From Candidatus Oxydemutatoraceae bacterium (GTDB lineage Bacteria; Pseudomonadota; Gammaproteobacteria; Poriferisulfidales; Oxydemutatoraceae), in contig OZ244717.1 in assembly GCA_965218975.1 (NCBI GenBank), positions 1,600,001-1,664,000 of the forward strand: 64,000 bases of DNA. The letters are read 5' to 3'. Below the pieces are notes generated by a model. The model was not told the DNA's origin. It made no database searches and saw nothing but the letters and a program-made list of their open reading frames with translations. The position numbers were made by a program, and so were the translations under genes. This document shows, one piece after another, positions 9,998 to 19,738 of this stretch; within the stretch, counting starts at the first letter, position 1; each line of letters opens with the position of its first letter.

Positions 9998-10732
9998 TCA
10001 TAAACGCTTTATATGAAATAACAATTTTCTTATCCAAATACTTACATACATTCTTTTAATCAAACGAATTTTTTCAAAAATAGTTTGCGCAGGACGCTTT
10101 GCACTGACAGGAACATACCAGCAATTCTGCCTTGTACGTTTTACTAAAACATAACCGTGCTTTTTTAAATACCTATGCTTAGTCAAATGTAAATGTTTAT
10201 CCTCTAACAAAATCAACTTCGGCTTATAGTGTTCTAAATCAAATCCTCGCAGTACCTCTAGCTCAGCCCCTTCCACATCTATAGAGAGTAAATCAATCTG
10301 TTCAATATTGGCATCTAGCAAAATTGAGTTCAGTGTTCTGGCCCTTACAGTGATCTTTTTATGAAAACGAAAGTGCCCATCATCAATATTTTTCCTAATC
10401 GCGGATCTGGAGAAAAGATCAACTCCTTCTTTAGAGTTTCTAGGTATGAACAATGAAACTGTGCCGGTGTCCTCCGAGTCTATACATGTGCATTCGAAAA
10501 CCTTTGAGCCGGGTCTGTACCTCCTGCACCTTGCTGCCATTTCAGGAATAGGTTCAATCAACACACCGCGCCAACCCAAGCCATTTTCTAAGTACCAAGA
10601 CTGGGAACCAAAGCTAATCGGATCATTAGCTCCAACCTCTACAAAATAACCATTTCTTTTAAAATCAAAGTACTCTTGAATAAAAGCATTCTCGGCACTT
10701 GCCTGTAGGGATTTATCACGAATCCTAGCCAT
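9998..10732 (-). CDS. FkbM-family methyltransferase
   Basis: FVEVGANDP, GWRGVLIEP, IDLLSIDVEGAELEVLRG. Confidence 0.9.
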   Translation of the reverse strand: MARIRDKSLQASAENAFIQEYFDFKRNGYFVEVGANDPISFGSQSWYLENGLGWRGVLIEPIPEMAARCRRYRPGSKVFECTCIDSEDTGTVSLFIPRNSKEGVDLFSRSAIRKNIDDGHFRFHKKITVRARTLNSILLDANIEQIDLLSIDVEGAELEVLRGFDLEHYKPKLILLEDKHLHLTKHRYLKKHGYVLVKRTRQNCWYVPVSAKRPAQTIFEKIRLIKRMYVSIWIRKLLFHIKRL

Positions 10733-10895
10733 TGTTGATAAAAATATTAATTATGACTTTCAACAAAATATAAAAAAATACACACTGCATTCAATGTTTT
10801 TTTCATCCAAGCATTGATAATTCCGGTAACGCTTTTGTTTTAGAAAGGGTGCTGAAAGCCTCTTTCCGAGCCAATATACTATATAATGCTGCGAT

Positions 10896-11741
10896 ATGCC
10901 TATTTCTGTATCGGTAATCGTTACCACTTATAATCAGCCCCACTATCTTGAGTTGGTACTATGCGGGCTGAGTCTGCAAAAATCTCCCCCCTTAGAAATT
11001 CTTATCGCAGATGACGGATCAAACCAAGACACTGCAATTCTCGTAGAGAAGTGGCGAAAAAAAACTACCCTCTCAATCAATCATATTTGGCATGAAGATA
11101 TCGGAAACCGAAAATTAGAAATTTGCAACAAAGCTGTCGCAGAGGCAGCTGGCAATTATTTGCTATTTTTAGACGGTGACTCAATTCCGCATCCTTTTTG
11201 GGTAAACGATCACTTAAAAGCGGCAAAAAAAGGTTTTGTGCTATGCGGAAGAAGAGTAAGGCTAGGGCCGAAGATTTCTAAAGTAATTGATATCCCGTTT
11301 ATTGAGTCCGGAAAGTTGGAAAAAATTATCGGTCCGATCTTGCTGAGCGCGCTCAGCAAAGATACCAAGCGCTTTCTACTTGGGATGCGTCTGCCAAGAT
11401 GGTTGGCTAGATGTTTTCATCCGACCGAACGACGTCTTATGGGAATAAACTTTAGTTTGCATAAAAGCTTATTTGAAAGTGTTGGCGGATACTTTGGCTA
11501 TGATAAAGATTTTTATAAGTTAAAAGGGAGACCGCGGGAAGATGCACAGCTTGAAATACAGCTTCTAAAGGCAGGGGCTCGCCGGTATCCTCTCATCAAT
11601 CGGGCAGTTGTGTATCACCTATTTCACCCTGAAAGACTAGTCAATAAAGACCTTAATGAGTCAATCGAAAAAACCTACAAGTCAACTTTGCATAATAGAA
11701 AACTGAAGAAAAGCCGATCATTATTTCAACCCGAATGTTGA
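10896..11741 (+). CDS. glycosyltransferase family 2
   Basis: SVIVTTYN, EILIADDGS, YLLFLDGD, RED motif. Confidence 0.9.
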   Translation: MPISVSVIVTTYNQPHYLELVLCGLSLQKSPPLEILIADDGSNQDTAILVEKWRKKTTLSINHIWHEDIGNRKLEICNKAVAEAAGNYLLFLDGDSIPHPFWVNDHLKAAKKGFVLCGRRVRLGPKISKVIDIPFIESGKLEKIIGPILLSALSKDTKRFLLGMRLPRWLARCFHPTERRLMGINFSLHKSLFESVGGYFGYDKDFYKLKGRPREDAQLEIQLLKAGARRYPLINRAVVYHLFHPERLVNKDLNESIEKTYKSTLHNRKLKKSRSLFQPEC

Positions 11742-11933
11742 AGCAGACGCAACCTAGCCTGTCAATGAAACGAGACTCTATAAAAGAGGACAGCTTAAGC
11801 AGGTTTGTCACACCCGCACGGCTTCCTCTCCCTTGATTGTAAAAATACTATGCTTTAACACAGCCCTCTCTAATCCGGAGATAAACTCGAGAATCAAAGG
11901 TATTAACATGATTCGCCGCTACAGCATAAATAG

Positions 11934-12623
11934 TGTACGATGCCACCCTAAATGGGATTTTTGAAGAGCTTCGAGGGAAGCATTCGGCAGTAACATTCGG
12001 ATCGGTGCTTTCTGTTGCCCGTTGTCGGCATGAGGACGGTGCGGTTGAAGCGCTTGATGTGCGCGTTCATTTTCGGACACTTGGGATAGGTCAGCCGCTG
12101 CTCAATCACGGGTGATTCCCGGATGAACCGGGCAAACTGTCCTTGAAACTCACTCCCGCCGTCCGTCAGGGTGAGACGCGCCCGGAAAACCGATCGGTTT
12201 TCAGCGGCGAACGACCCGACAAGGACGTCGGGGCTGGCGCTCATTGACAGAACCAAGTCTCGTCATGGACGAGCAGGGTGAGACGCGCCCGGAAAACCGA
12301 TCGGTTTTCAGCGGCGAACGACCCGACAAGGATGTCGGGCTGGCGCTCATTGACAGAACCAAGTCTCGTCATGGACGAGCAGGGTGAGACGCGCCCGGAA
12401 AACCGATCGGTTTTCAGCGGCGAACGACCCGACAAGGATGTCGGGGCTGGCGCTCATTGACAGAACCAAGTCTCGTCATGGACGACAGGCACTTTGCTGA
12501 GCATTCACCAACAAACACAAAACGGTTCCATAACCGGTCATTGAATGCTTCCGTATCGATGAATAGCAGGTCTTCCGCATGATCGATACAATCTTCTTGT
12601 CCGGAATATATTGGACACGTACA
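11934..12623 (-). mobile_element. non-autonomous IS481-derived element 1
   Basis: Ends TGTACGATGCC.. and ..GGACACGTACA; transposase pieces LTDGGSEF..YPKCPKMNAHIKRFNRTV and QEDCIDHAEDLLF..FNDRL. Confidence 0.85.
12167..12486. repeat. tandem array of 3 x ~107-bp hairpin-rich units
   Basis: CAGGGTGAGACGCGCCCGGAAAACCGATCGGTTTTC.. starts at 12167, 12274 and 12380. Confidence 0.95.
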
Positions 12624-12712
12624 ACTTAATGCTCTCCGGACGATTCGATTTACAATGACCACCCGCCGCATACGCTCAATTATGCTATTGATTCGTGTTA
12701 TTTATCGTCGGT

Positions 12713-14344
12713 TTAAACGGTCTTTTGAATCGGCGTAGTTTTCCGCAGCGGATGAGGATATAGCGATTCATCCAGTCCGTTAAAATATTCATCAAGCGCA
12801 CGGAAAGACTGTCGGATATGAGTGAAATCGTCTTTTTGTAACACCAATACACGACTATCTTCAACCGCTTTCAACCAACTCATTGTCTTATGAGAAGTGC
12901 TTAGAGTACGCTCGCCCCAATGATCGCCCGGCTTAAGTATCCGGCGACACTCCTCGCCATTGCTCGGATCAACAAACCAAGACTCCAATGCGCCCGAAAC
13001 CACCATATAGAATCCATCGTTGATTTCACCCGGTTGAAAAATAATGTCGCCTTCGGCAAAACGTTGAAATTTGCAAGCATTGGTTGGCCGTTGCGAAATC
13101 TGTACGATGCTGCGCGGTAAAAAATAATCTAGAAACCAATCTATTGCGATTCGAATCCGCGTTGTTAGATTTGGTATCATCATCAAATAAAAACCACGCC
13201 AAAGAAGCCATACATGAAACCCGGAGAAACGCATTCCAAAAAACTCGGCGACGGCACGGTAATATCCCACCGATGCCATCATTCCTCGCGGCTTTAAATA
13301 AAACGGCTGCATATTCGTCTCGCGAATTTGCGCTGCAATATTTTCCGCCAGCTGTTTAGCTTCTCGCACTGCAAACTGCGCCGTCGGCGGTGCATACCCT
13401 GCGGATGCATCATCGCCAAGCGGAACCATCGCAGCATCACCTAAAGCCCAAACGTTCCGCAATGACTTCACTCGCAGATATTGATCGGCCGGTATACGCT
13501 CATGCTGTAATTCAACCGGCAAAGTACGTGCGATTGATGAGGCTTCCGTGCCTATCGTTAATATCAACGTCGCTGTCGGAACGGAGTGACCATCTTCTAA
13601 ATAAACGGCATTTGCAGTAGCCGACATTGCTGTTGTATTAAGTAGCAACTCTGTTCCGTACTTCTCCAACTTATTCTGAGCATACTTGCCAAGCGAAGCC
13701 GGTAACTCGGGCAACAATCTCGAACCTTTATGAATTAATAGAAGACGCACTTCTTTCTTGCGAATTCCCGGGTAATGCTTAAGTGTTTTGTGCAGCATTT
13801 CCAACACTTCGCCAGCAGTTTCAACACCGGAAAAACCACCGCCAACAACAACGAAGTTTAGCAAAATTTCTTTGAGCTTAGGGTCGTCGCACATATCCGC
13901 ATATTCCAGACATTGAATAATATGATTACGTAAAGTGTACGCATCGGATAAGTCTTTCATCATGAACCCGTGTTCGACGATTCCCGGCATTAAAGACAAA
14001 TTAGTGCGTAATCCGCATGCAATAACCAGATGGTCATAAGAAACTTTCACCAAGTGGTGCTTGTCCGCTTGAACAACATGAACACATTGACGATCCGTAT
14101 CTATATGCTGAATTCCTGCCATACGGAACTTTACGCCTTTCAACAGAGAACGTAGCGGCGTCACAGCATCGCGTGCGGTAATTGTGCCGCTTGCAACTTC
14201 CGGCAGCAACGGCTGAAACACAAAATAATTGGTCAGATTAATTAGTTCTATGTCAGCCTCAGGCAATATATGGCGTAGCCGCCTCGCGGTAAAGACGCCG
14301 GCAAAACCACCGCCAAGGATAAGAACATGAAGCGGGGTTTCCAT
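12713..14344 (-). CDS. NDH-2-like FAD-dependent oxidoreductase with C-terminal cyclic-nucleotide-binding domain
   Basis: GGGFAG, FQPLLPEVASG, VVVGGGFSGVE, WALGD, APPTAQFA; C-terminal IIFQPGE..FYMVVSG..PGDHWGE. Confidence 0.85.
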   Translation of the reverse strand: METPLHVLILGGGFAGVFTARRLRHILPEADIELINLTNYFVFQPLLPEVASGTITARDAVTPLRSLLKGVKFRMAGIQHIDTDRQCVHVVQADKHHLVKVSYDHLVIACGLRTNLSLMPGIVEHGFMMKDLSDAYTLRNHIIQCLEYADMCDDPKLKEILLNFVVVGGGFSGVETAGEVLEMLHKTLKHYPGIRKKEVRLLLIHKGSRLLPELPASLGKYAQNKLEKYGTELLLNTTAMSATANAVYLEDGHSVPTATLILTIGTEASSIARTLPVELQHERIPADQYLRVKSLRNVWALGDAAMVPLGDDASAGYAPPTAQFAVREAKQLAENIAAQIRETNMQPFYLKPRGMMASVGYYRAVAEFFGMRFSGFHVWLLWRGFYLMMIPNLTTRIRIAIDWFLDYFLPRSIVQISQRPTNACKFQRFAEGDIIFQPGEINDGFYMVVSGALESWFVDPSNGEECRRILKPGDHWGERTLSTSHKTMSWLKAVEDSRVLVLQKDDFTHIRQSFRALDEYFNGLDESLYPHPLRKTTPIQKTV

Positions 14345-14454
14345 TATTTAACGCACTTGGAAGCAGGAGTTTTTAAATTAGCCATATATAATATCCAACA
14401 CATTACGGATCAGTCAGCACATTCCTCTGTGTGGTTCGTATTCCCTACCGCTTA

Positions 14455-15234
14455 TTAAAACCAAAACTTCAAACCGACTAATACTCCAACGTCGGCGGTC
14501 CGCTTTTTTTTATTGCGCGCCAAGCTTGCGGTTTCACCGAATAATTTTTTCCAGTTCGCTCCGAAATACGGCGCTAGCCGTCTGGTAAACAAATAATGCC
14601 AACGCACTCCTAAATCAAGATCGGATAAACCGGAACCAATCCCTGTCGATACGTCGTTGAAACTATGAAAATTAATTTCAATATCGGGAATTAAAATTGA
14701 CCGTTCACTTAATGCCCATTCATATTCAGTTTCAAGGCGCAACCCCCAATCGCTATTTTCGCCGATGAAAAGTGTAATTTCCGTATCAATAAAGTACGGT
14801 GCGAGGCCTTCAACTCCGACTACCAACCAATCGCGGTCGGATTCAGGCTTAACATCATTACGCCAACCAAATTGAAAATCCCAATAAGGAGTGACGGCAT
14901 GTGAATATAACAATTGCCACTCTGTCTTTTCAGTCACACCTGAAGCACGCTTGCCTTCCGACTTCAAAGTAAGTTTGTGCCTATCTTTACCTACCCATGC
15001 GTTGATATCCCAAGTAATTGTAGAATCACCATCGTTGTGACTGATTCCAAATTCGGTAAACTCCACTTTCCACAACAAAGGATCATCCTCCATGTCTGCC
15101 GCCGCTTCATTCAAACCCCAAGTCGCGATGACAAACAGTGTTGCCGCTTGGAATCTACACACGATACTTAACTCACGTATACTTCGCGAAACATGCCTGC
15201 CATATGATAGAGAAGGTGGCAATGATATGCCCAA
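14455..15234 (-). CDS. copB: copper resistance protein B (true start probably near 15160)
   Basis: WDINAWVG, LLYSHAVTPYWDFQFG, VEGLAPYF, terminal GLKFWF; follows copA. Confidence 0.9.
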   Translation of the reverse strand: MGISLPPSLSYGRHVSRSIRELSIVCRFQAATLFVIATWGLNEAAADMEDDPLLWKVEFTEFGISHNDGDSTITWDINAWVGKDRHKLTLKSEGKRASGVTEKTEWQLLYSHAVTPYWDFQFGWRNDVKPESDRDWLVVGVEGLAPYFIDTEITLFIGENSDWGLRLETEYEWALSERSILIPDIEINFHSFNDVSTGIGSGLSDLDLGVRWHYLFTRRLAPYFGANWKKLFGETASLARNKKKRTADVGVLVGLKFWF

Positions 15235-16973
15235 CGCCCTTTGGCGGATGCGGTGACGAGGTAGCTGATTTTTGATCCCGGTTGCACAACGACAGTATGC
15301 TTTCGCGGAATACGGACGTTATCGCCCGTTTCCAATTCACTCCACATACCGTGCAAATGAATCGGGTGGTTCATCATGGTATCGTTAACAAGCACAAAAC
15401 GCACCCGTTCACCATATTGCAAAGTTATTGGTTTGGCATCGGCATAACGGACACCATCAAACGACCACATATACCGATACATATTGCCCATTAAATGCAA
15501 CTCTATTTCGCGCTTGGGTTCGCGTTGATCAACCATCGGACTTAAATTGCGCAGGTCGGCATACGTCAAAACTCTACGTCCATATTTTGTCCGATGATCA
15601 CGCAATCCGACGCCGGGATCATCCAAGCGATATTGCGGATCTTCAGCGCGCATATCCACTTGCAAACCAAAACCATTTGAAGGCGTCGTTATCAGTCTGG
15701 CACTGCCATAGCCCGCTTTGCCTGATCCGATAAAGTCTTCGGTGCGCGACATACCCTGATGCTCAACATGGCGCCGGCTATGGCCTTTGTCCATCGCTTG
15801 AGGATGCTCAGCATGGTGTCGATCATCATCGTTTACGTGACCATTATGACTGCCATGCGCTACTCCCATATCTTGATGTGTCAGCACCGGCGTCGGGTCC
15901 ATCATCGGTACTTCTGCTTGCAGTTGCGGATCAGGAGTTAAAATTCCGCGAGCAAAACCGGAGCGATCAATTGCTTGCGCGAAAATTGTGTAGGCAGAAT
16001 CCGCCTTCGGCTCAACGATAACATCGTACGTTTCCGCAGCGCCTATTCTAAGATCGTCTACCAAAATAGGTTCGATATATTGGCCGTCAGCAGCGACCAC
16101 AGCCATCTTCAACCCCGGAATACGCACGTCAAAAAAGGTCATTGCTCCCGCATTGATAAAACGTAAGCGTATTTTTTCACCTTTCTTAAACAAACCCACC
16201 CAGCCATCTGTCGGCGATTTTCCATTCATTAGAAACGTATAAGTATGGCCAGTTACATCGGAGATATCATAATCAGACATCCGCATCCGGCTCCACATGC
16301 GACGGTCGGAAAATGTCTGCGCAACACCTTTTTCTTTGACCTCAGCGAACAAATCTTTTGCCGTGCGTTTTTTTATCCGATAGTACTCGCTTGATTTCTT
16401 AAGTGTCGCAAAAATTTTGTATGGCGACTCATCCGTCCATTCAGACAGGACAACGACATAATCACGGTCGTAACGAAAAGGTTCCGATTGTTTAGGTCGA
16501 ATAATAATCGCGCCATACAAGCCGGTTTGTTCTTGAAATCCCGAGTGGCTGTGATACCAATAGGTGCCACTTTGCCGCACATCAAATTGATAACGAAAAG
16601 TCTGATTGGGGTGAATGCCACCGAAGCTAAGCCCCGGCACGCCGTCCATATCGCTTGGAAGCAGAATGCCGTGCCAGTGAATTGCGCTGTCATGTGCCAG
16701 ATGATTGGTAACCGACAAAGTAACTCGATCACCTTCGTTCCAAAGCAATGTCGGTGCAGGCAAGCTATTGTTGATGGTCGTTGCAAATCGCTCCGCACCG
16801 GTGTAATTAACTTTTTGGTAAGCAAGATTTAAATTGAATTGGCTGCCGCTTAGAATCGGTACGGCGGTGTTTTGAAAAGCCGTCCGCACCGGATGGGAAC
16901 TCATCAGAGGAAGCGATGTCGCTAATGTACCGACTCCAACCACGAAACGCCGCCGCGACAATGAAAATGCCAT
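15168..16973 (-). CDS. copA: CopA-type multicopper oxidase with Tat signal
   Basis: SRRRFV, IHWHG, YWYHSH, HPIHLHG, WAYHCHLLYHM. Confidence 0.95.
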   Translation of the reverse strand: MAFSLSRRRFVVGVGTLATSLPLMSSHPVRTAFQNTAVPILSGSQFNLNLAYQKVNYTGAERFATTINNSLPAPTLLWNEGDRVTLSVTNHLAHDSAIHWHGILLPSDMDGVPGLSFGGIHPNQTFRYQFDVRQSGTYWYHSHSGFQEQTGLYGAIIIRPKQSEPFRYDRDYVVVLSEWTDESPYKIFATLKKSSEYYRIKKRTAKDLFAEVKEKGVAQTFSDRRMWSRMRMSDYDISDVTGHTYTFLMNGKSPTDGWVGLFKKGEKIRLRFINAGAMTFFDVRIPGLKMAVVAADGQYIEPILVDDLRIGAAETYDVIVEPKADSAYTIFAQAIDRSGFARGILTPDPQLQAEVPMMDPTPVLTHQDMGVAHGSHNGHVNDDDRHHAEHPQAMDKGHSRRHVEHQGMSRTEDFIGSGKAGYGSARLITTPSNGFGLQVDMRAEDPQYRLDDPGVGLRDHRTKYGRRVLTYADLRNLSPMVDQREPKREIELHLMGNMYRYMWSFDGVRYADAKPITLQYGERVRFVLVNDTMMNHPIHLHGMWSELETGDNVRIPRKHTVVVQPGSKISYLVTASAKGRWAYHCHLLYHMAGMFREVYVS

Positions 16974-17070
16974 TTGGTCCTCTCCTACGTATATGACTCA
17001 CAAACTCACAAATACAAATTAATAACTTCTTGCCTATTACTATACAGTACTTAAAACGCAGGCTTTATCG

Positions 17071-17098
17071 CCCGATAAGAATATCCCGATAAGAATAT
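17071..17098. repeat. 14-bp tandem duplication
   Basis: CCCGATAAGAATAT x2 between copA and tRNA-Met. Confidence 0.8.
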
Positions 17099-17150
17099 AC
17101 TGTTACAGCTATTAAACCGATGCCGACAAATGCTTTTGGCTAGCAACCGG

Positions 17151-17224
17151 TGGCTATGGTTGGACTTGAACCAACGACCTCAGCATTATGAATGCCGCGC
17201 TCTAACCAGCTGAGCTACATAGCC
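17151..17224 (-). tRNA. tRNA-Met(CAT)
   Basis: GGCTATGTAGCTCAGCTGGTTAGAGC..TTCATAA..GGTTCAAGTCC..CATAGCCA cloverleaf; followed by CCG rather than CCA. Confidence 0.92.
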
Positions 17225-17249
17225 AAAGCCAACTGTGCAGATTATACCG

Positions 17250-18341
17250 TCAAACGTTAAAACGAAAATGTATGATATCGCCGGGTTGAACAACATAATC
17301 CTTGCCTTCGATTCTCAATCTTCCCGCTTCTTTCGCACCATGCTCTCCTTGATAAGTAATATAGTCATCATAGGAGATAACTTCGGCGCGAATGAAACCT
17401 TTTTCAAAATCACTATGAATACAAGCGGCCGCACACGGTGCGAGAGCATTTTTTTTTACTGTCCAAGCGCGAGTTTCTTTCTCTCCGGTGGTAAAGAACG
17501 TCAATAAATCAAGCAGGCGATAACCCGTTTCAATAATGTTTTCAAGGCCCGAATGTTCAATACCCCAATCATGCAAAAAGCGGCTGTGTTCGTTGGCCGG
17601 CAGACCGATTAATTCCGATTCAAAAGCGGCACAAATTGGTAGAACGCTCCATTGGTGCAATGCCGCATATTCTTGCAATTGCTCAACCAATTCACTTTCT
17701 TTTAAGCCGCCTTCGTCAGTATTGGCAATTAACATCATTGGTTTAGCGGTGATCAAATTCATTTCATCCGACACACGTGTTTCTTTTTTATCAAGCGTTA
17801 AATTGCGCACGTTATTTCCGTCGGCCAAATGATGGTATATTTTCTCCAAAGCTTGTAGTTTTATCAGATTGTCTTTATCGCCGGCTTTGGCAGATTTTTT
17901 GGTTTGATCAAGTGCCGCTTCGACAATTGCAAAATCGGCAAGCAGCAATTCGGTTTGAATCGTTTCAACGTCCGAAACTGTATCAATACGTCCTGCCACA
18001 TGAGTAATTTCATCATCTTCAAAGCAACGTACTACCTGCGCAATCGCATGAGTGCGTCGAATATGTTCAAGAAATTGATTGCCTAAACCCTCTCCTTTCG
18101 CCGCACCGTCAACCAAACCGGCAATATCAACAAACTCCAAAGTCGTCGGAATAACTTGCTTGGAATTCGCAATCGCGGCAATCCTGTCAAGCCGTTCATC
18201 GGGCACGGTGACCGTGCCGATATTGGGCTCTATGGTACAAAAAGGATAATTTTCCGCTGGCGCTGCTGCGGAAGTCAATGCATTAAATAAAGTTGACTTG
18301 CCGACATTAGGCAAGCCGACAATACCGCACTTAAAACCCAT
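17250..18341 (-). CDS. ychF: redox-regulated ATPase YchF
   Basis: GIVGLPNVGKSTLFN, NYPFCTIEPN, DIAGLV, C-terminal HFRFNV. Confidence 0.97.
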   Translation of the reverse strand: MGFKCGIVGLPNVGKSTLFNALTSAAAPAENYPFCTIEPNIGTVTVPDERLDRIAAIANSKQVIPTTLEFVDIAGLVDGAAKGEGLGNQFLEHIRRTHAIAQVVRCFEDDEITHVAGRIDTVSDVETIQTELLLADFAIVEAALDQTKKSAKAGDKDNLIKLQALEKIYHHLADGNNVRNLTLDKKETRVSDEMNLITAKPMMLIANTDEGGLKESELVEQLQEYAALHQWSVLPICAAFESELIGLPANEHSRFLHDWGIEHSGLENIIETGYRLLDLLTFFTTGEKETRAWTVKKNALAPCAAACIHSDFEKGFIRAEVISYDDYITYQGEHGAKEAGRLRIEGKDYVVQPGDIIHFRFNV

Positions 18342-18350
18342 AAATTATCC

Positions 18351-18929
18351 CTATCGTACATGAAATTTGTTCATCACCGCGCTAAAATTTCCAGCACATA
18401 GCTCCGGCAGCAAAGGAATGATCGGTTGCAATGCACCCTTAATTTCAGTTTGCTCATCGGTGCTCGCGTCGCTTAATACATGCTTATCTACGAGCTCCTT
18501 TTTACCCGGATGACCAACGCCGATACGTAATCTCCAAAAATCAGGTCCTAGATGCGCAATAATATCGCGCAATCCGTTATGCCCGCCATGTCCACCACCT
18601 TGCTTTAGCCGTGCTTTTGCCAGCATAAAATCAATCTCGTCGTGCACCACTAAAATATTTTCCGGCAATATACGGTAAAAGCTGCTAACCGCCTGTAATG
18701 CCCTGCCACTTTGATTGATATACACATTATCCGCTCGAAATAACATAAGCGATGCTCCTCCTTCCAAATACGCCTTGCAAAGACTACCGAACAGCTTGTT
18801 ATTTTTATTCAACGGCCCAGCGTACTTCTGCGCCAACATTTCAATAAACCAATAGCCGACATTGTGCCGATGCTGCGCATATCGATCGCCCGGATTCCCC
18901 AGTCCGGCAATCAAAGAGATACCTTCCAT
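18351..18929 (-). CDS. pth: peptidyl-tRNA hydrolase
   Basis: GLGNPG..RHNVG, VVHDE, GHGGHNGLR. Confidence 0.97.
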   Translation of the reverse strand: MEGISLIAGLGNPGDRYAQHRHNVGYWFIEMLAQKYAGPLNKNNKLFGSLCKAYLEGGASLMLFRADNVYINQSGRALQAVSSFYRILPENILVVHDEIDFMLAKARLKQGGGHGGHNGLRDIIAHLGPDFWRLRIGVGHPGKKELVDKHVLSDASTDEQTEIKGALQPIIPLLPELCAGNFSAVMNKFHVR

Positions 18930-18986
18930 GTCATTGGCGAAGTTAGTGTAATTACTACGATGGCAGAAGTTAAGAATTTACCCCTT

Positions 18987-19667
18987 TTATTCTTTATTTT
19001 CTTGTTTGCCGCCTTCAACCGCTCCCACTGTCTCAGTATCAACCGCAGCTTCCTCTCCTAAGACCTCTTTCTCTTCTTCAATTGCAGTGACCCGCGGAAT
19101 ATTCACACTAACAATTGCATTATCGCTTGCTTCACCATGTATTAGTGCAACGATTTCAACATGTTTGGGCAGCCGTATATCAGACAAATGCAGAGAATGT
19201 CCCAATTCAATATTAGCAACATCCACCTCAATAAATTCAGGTAAATACCTAGGCAAACACGAAACTTCAACATCACTTTGTAAATGACTAATCACGCCGC
19301 CCTGCTGCTTGACACCGATACAGGTTTCTTCATTCAGAAAATGTAAAGGTACATGTACTCGGATAGCTTGGCTTTCACTAACACGTAATAAATCAAGATG
19401 CATCACTCGTTCTTCGCTAGGATGACGTTGCAATCCGCGTAAAATTACAGGTTCTTCTTTGCCGTCAAGTTTTAGGGTCAAAATATGGGAATAAAATGCT
19501 TCGTTTTTTAGATGATTCGCAAGCTCATTCGCTTTGATTGAGATGGCAACAGACTCGCCACTTCCATACACGACGGCAGGTACCCAATTATTACGTCGCA
19601 AACGGCGATTAGCGCTCGTTCCAAGCGTATCGCGTCGCTGTGCCTTGATTTCAAATTCGTCTGTCAC
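18987..19667 (-). CDS. rplY: 50S ribosomal protein L25/Ctc
   Basis: RRLRR..VPAVVYG, QRHP..HLDL; rplY-pth-ychF order. Confidence 0.95.
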   Translation of the reverse strand: MTDEFEIKAQRRDTLGTSANRRLRRNNWVPAVVYGSGESVAISIKANELANHLKNEAFYSHILTLKLDGKEEPVILRGLQRHPSEERVMHLDLLRVSESQAIRVHVPLHFLNEETCIGVKQQGGVISHLQSDVEVSCLPRYLPEFIEVDVANIELGHSLHLSDIRLPKHVEIVALIHGEASDNAIVSVNIPRVTAIEEEKEVLGEEAAVDTETVGAVEGGKQENKE

Positions 19668-19738
19668 ATCTGCTGCCTATTGTCCAAAGAGCGATTTAGC
19701 GGGGAATTATAACAAAGCCTATTATGGAATCAAGAAAT

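Noticed and set aside
11933-12671. Short ORFs over the repeat arrays (also 19722-20858 and 31662-32595)
   Set aside because: By-products of repeat and transposase relic sequence
17148-17150. tRNA-Met ending CCG as evidence of an integration scar
   Set aside because: CCA can be added enzymatically and no displaced tRNA 3' copy was seen nearby
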